From contig NC_057718.1 of assembly GCF_004010195.1 (NCBI RefSeq), positions 48,729,859 through 48,793,858 of the forward strand: a DNA stretch of 64,000 nt. The letters are read 5' to 3'. Shown piece by piece: positions 62,605-64,000 of this stretch. The translations under genes and the position numbers were made by a program. The notes below the pieces were generated by a model. That model worked only from the letters and a program-made list of their open reading frames with translations. It was not told the DNA's origin and did not search any database. Positions within the stretch are counted from its first letter, which is position 1. Each line of letters begins with the position of its first letter. The stretch comes from Chiloscyllium plagiosum (Eukaryota).

Positions 62605-64000
62605 TAATAATAATTTGTATTAATTTAGCACTTTAATGGAATAAGTTGCATCACATTACTTCACAGAACTACCATAGAACAAAATTTAATAATAAGCCAA
62701 ACAAGTCAGCATTGGGCCAGGTGACCAGAAGTAGGATCATTTATATAGATTTTAAGGACCATTTTAAATGAGGGAAAGAGTGGTAGAGTTGAGATAATTA
62801 GGGGAAATTTCCAGAGTTGAATCTTTTGACAATTTCAGGTATGGCCGCTGACAGTGATTTGATTAAAATTTTTATGAGAAAGTCTTTGATAAGAACTGTT
62901 AAGGTTCTGTGGCAGAGGTGAAAACCTGATTAGAGAGATTCAGACAAAGATTTCCAAGAGAGATTTGGGAGATGGCAAGAACCAGTAAGTTTGAAGAAGA
63001 GTGTCAACACCCAAGTACAGAGAATTGTTAAGGCCAGATTTGGATTGCACAGATATCTCAGAGGATTGCGAGACTGGAAGAGATTGGAAGGGGCAAGGCT
63101 TTGGAGGTGTTTGAAAACAAGGAAGAGAAGTTTAGAATTGAGGCATTGCTTAACTGGGTGTCAGTGCAGGTCTGCAAGTAAAAATGGAATAGTTGAATAA
63201 GACTTGCTGCAATTTCGGTCACAAACAATAGAGTTTTGGATGATGATGTTTACGGAAAGATCAGATTATGGGAGGCTAGTTAGGATTACATTGAAATTGT
63301 CAAATCCAGTGTAGAGAAAAATTCATGGCTAAGGGTTTCTGCAGCAGATGAACTGGTATGTGACAGGGCTGGGCGATGTAAAGTAGATAGAAATTGGCAC
63401 TTTGAGTGATCTTAGGGATTTAGACTTGGATTTTATGGTTAAGTGTGACACCGAGGTGTCTTTCAAACAGTTGATAGGGAGATGGACAGAGCTGATAGCT
63501 AGGGATGGTTGTTCTAGTGGGGACTAAAAGCAATGGTTTCAGTCTTCCAAATAATTATTTGGAAGGTAATTTTTTCTAGCCAGCATTGGACATCAGAGAA
63601 GTAGTTTGACAACTTAGAGACAATAGAGGGGCTAAATGAAGTGATAGTGAGGTAAAGTTGGATGTTGTCAGTGTATCTGGATTATGTCGCTGAGGCACAG
63701 AGTGTAGATAAGAAATAAGACAATATCAAAGATAGATCCTTATGTCTTTTGAAGTAGCAGTGCAGATTTGGGAAGGAAACACATTACAGGTGACTCACTG
63801 GCTTGACTATGTAGTGAGGTATAGAATATGTGAGAGCAGTCTCACCAGCTAGACAGCAATGGGAGAGGTGTTGGAAGAGAATGGTTTGCTCAACTGTATC
63901 AAAGGCGGTAGACAGATCAAATTAGATGGAGAAAGATATTTTGCCTTTTCACAATCTTTTAGAAAAATGACATTCTACTCTTTTTATGAGAAAGTCTTTG
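62605..64000 (-). mobile_element. Old L2 LINE 3' portion, runs off the window end
   Basis: Reverse complement encodes LH*HPVKQCLNSKLLFLVFKHLQSLAP (cf. LHWLPVxxRIxFKxLxLxFKxLxGLAP), RYTDNIQLYL (YADDTQLY), DLSTAFDTVE (DLSAAFDTVDH). Confidence 0.85.

Overview
Repeat-dense, CpG-depleted vertebrate genomic DNA, intronic or intergenic. It is very probably from a shark (elasmobranch), inferred from HE1-type V-SINEs and their partner HER1/CR1 LINEs; a carpet/bamboo shark is plausible but not provable here. No intact host gene could be identified. Almost all ORFs in the track are retroelement or transposon remnants, or their antisense shadows. Contents: about 11 CR1 LINE copies (two near full length, with zinc-finger/esterase ORF1), about 11 HE1/V-SINEs, other tRNA-derived SINEs including a Deu-domain SINE, an L2, Penelope-like elements (PLEs, one with RT-thumb plus GIY-YIG), fossil Gypsy gag-pol, fossil Harbinger transposase and Myb/SANT ORFs, and a tRNA-Glu pseudogene. 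The most notable signal is a set of about 9 PLE-terminal loci carrying minimal type-I hammerhead ribozyme motifs (CUGAnGA-stem II-GAAAC-GUH) with covarying stem II. Five of them are 150-240 bp fold-back mini-elements inverted at the ribozyme. Family assignments come from recalled motifs, not database searches, and repeat boundaries are approximate.
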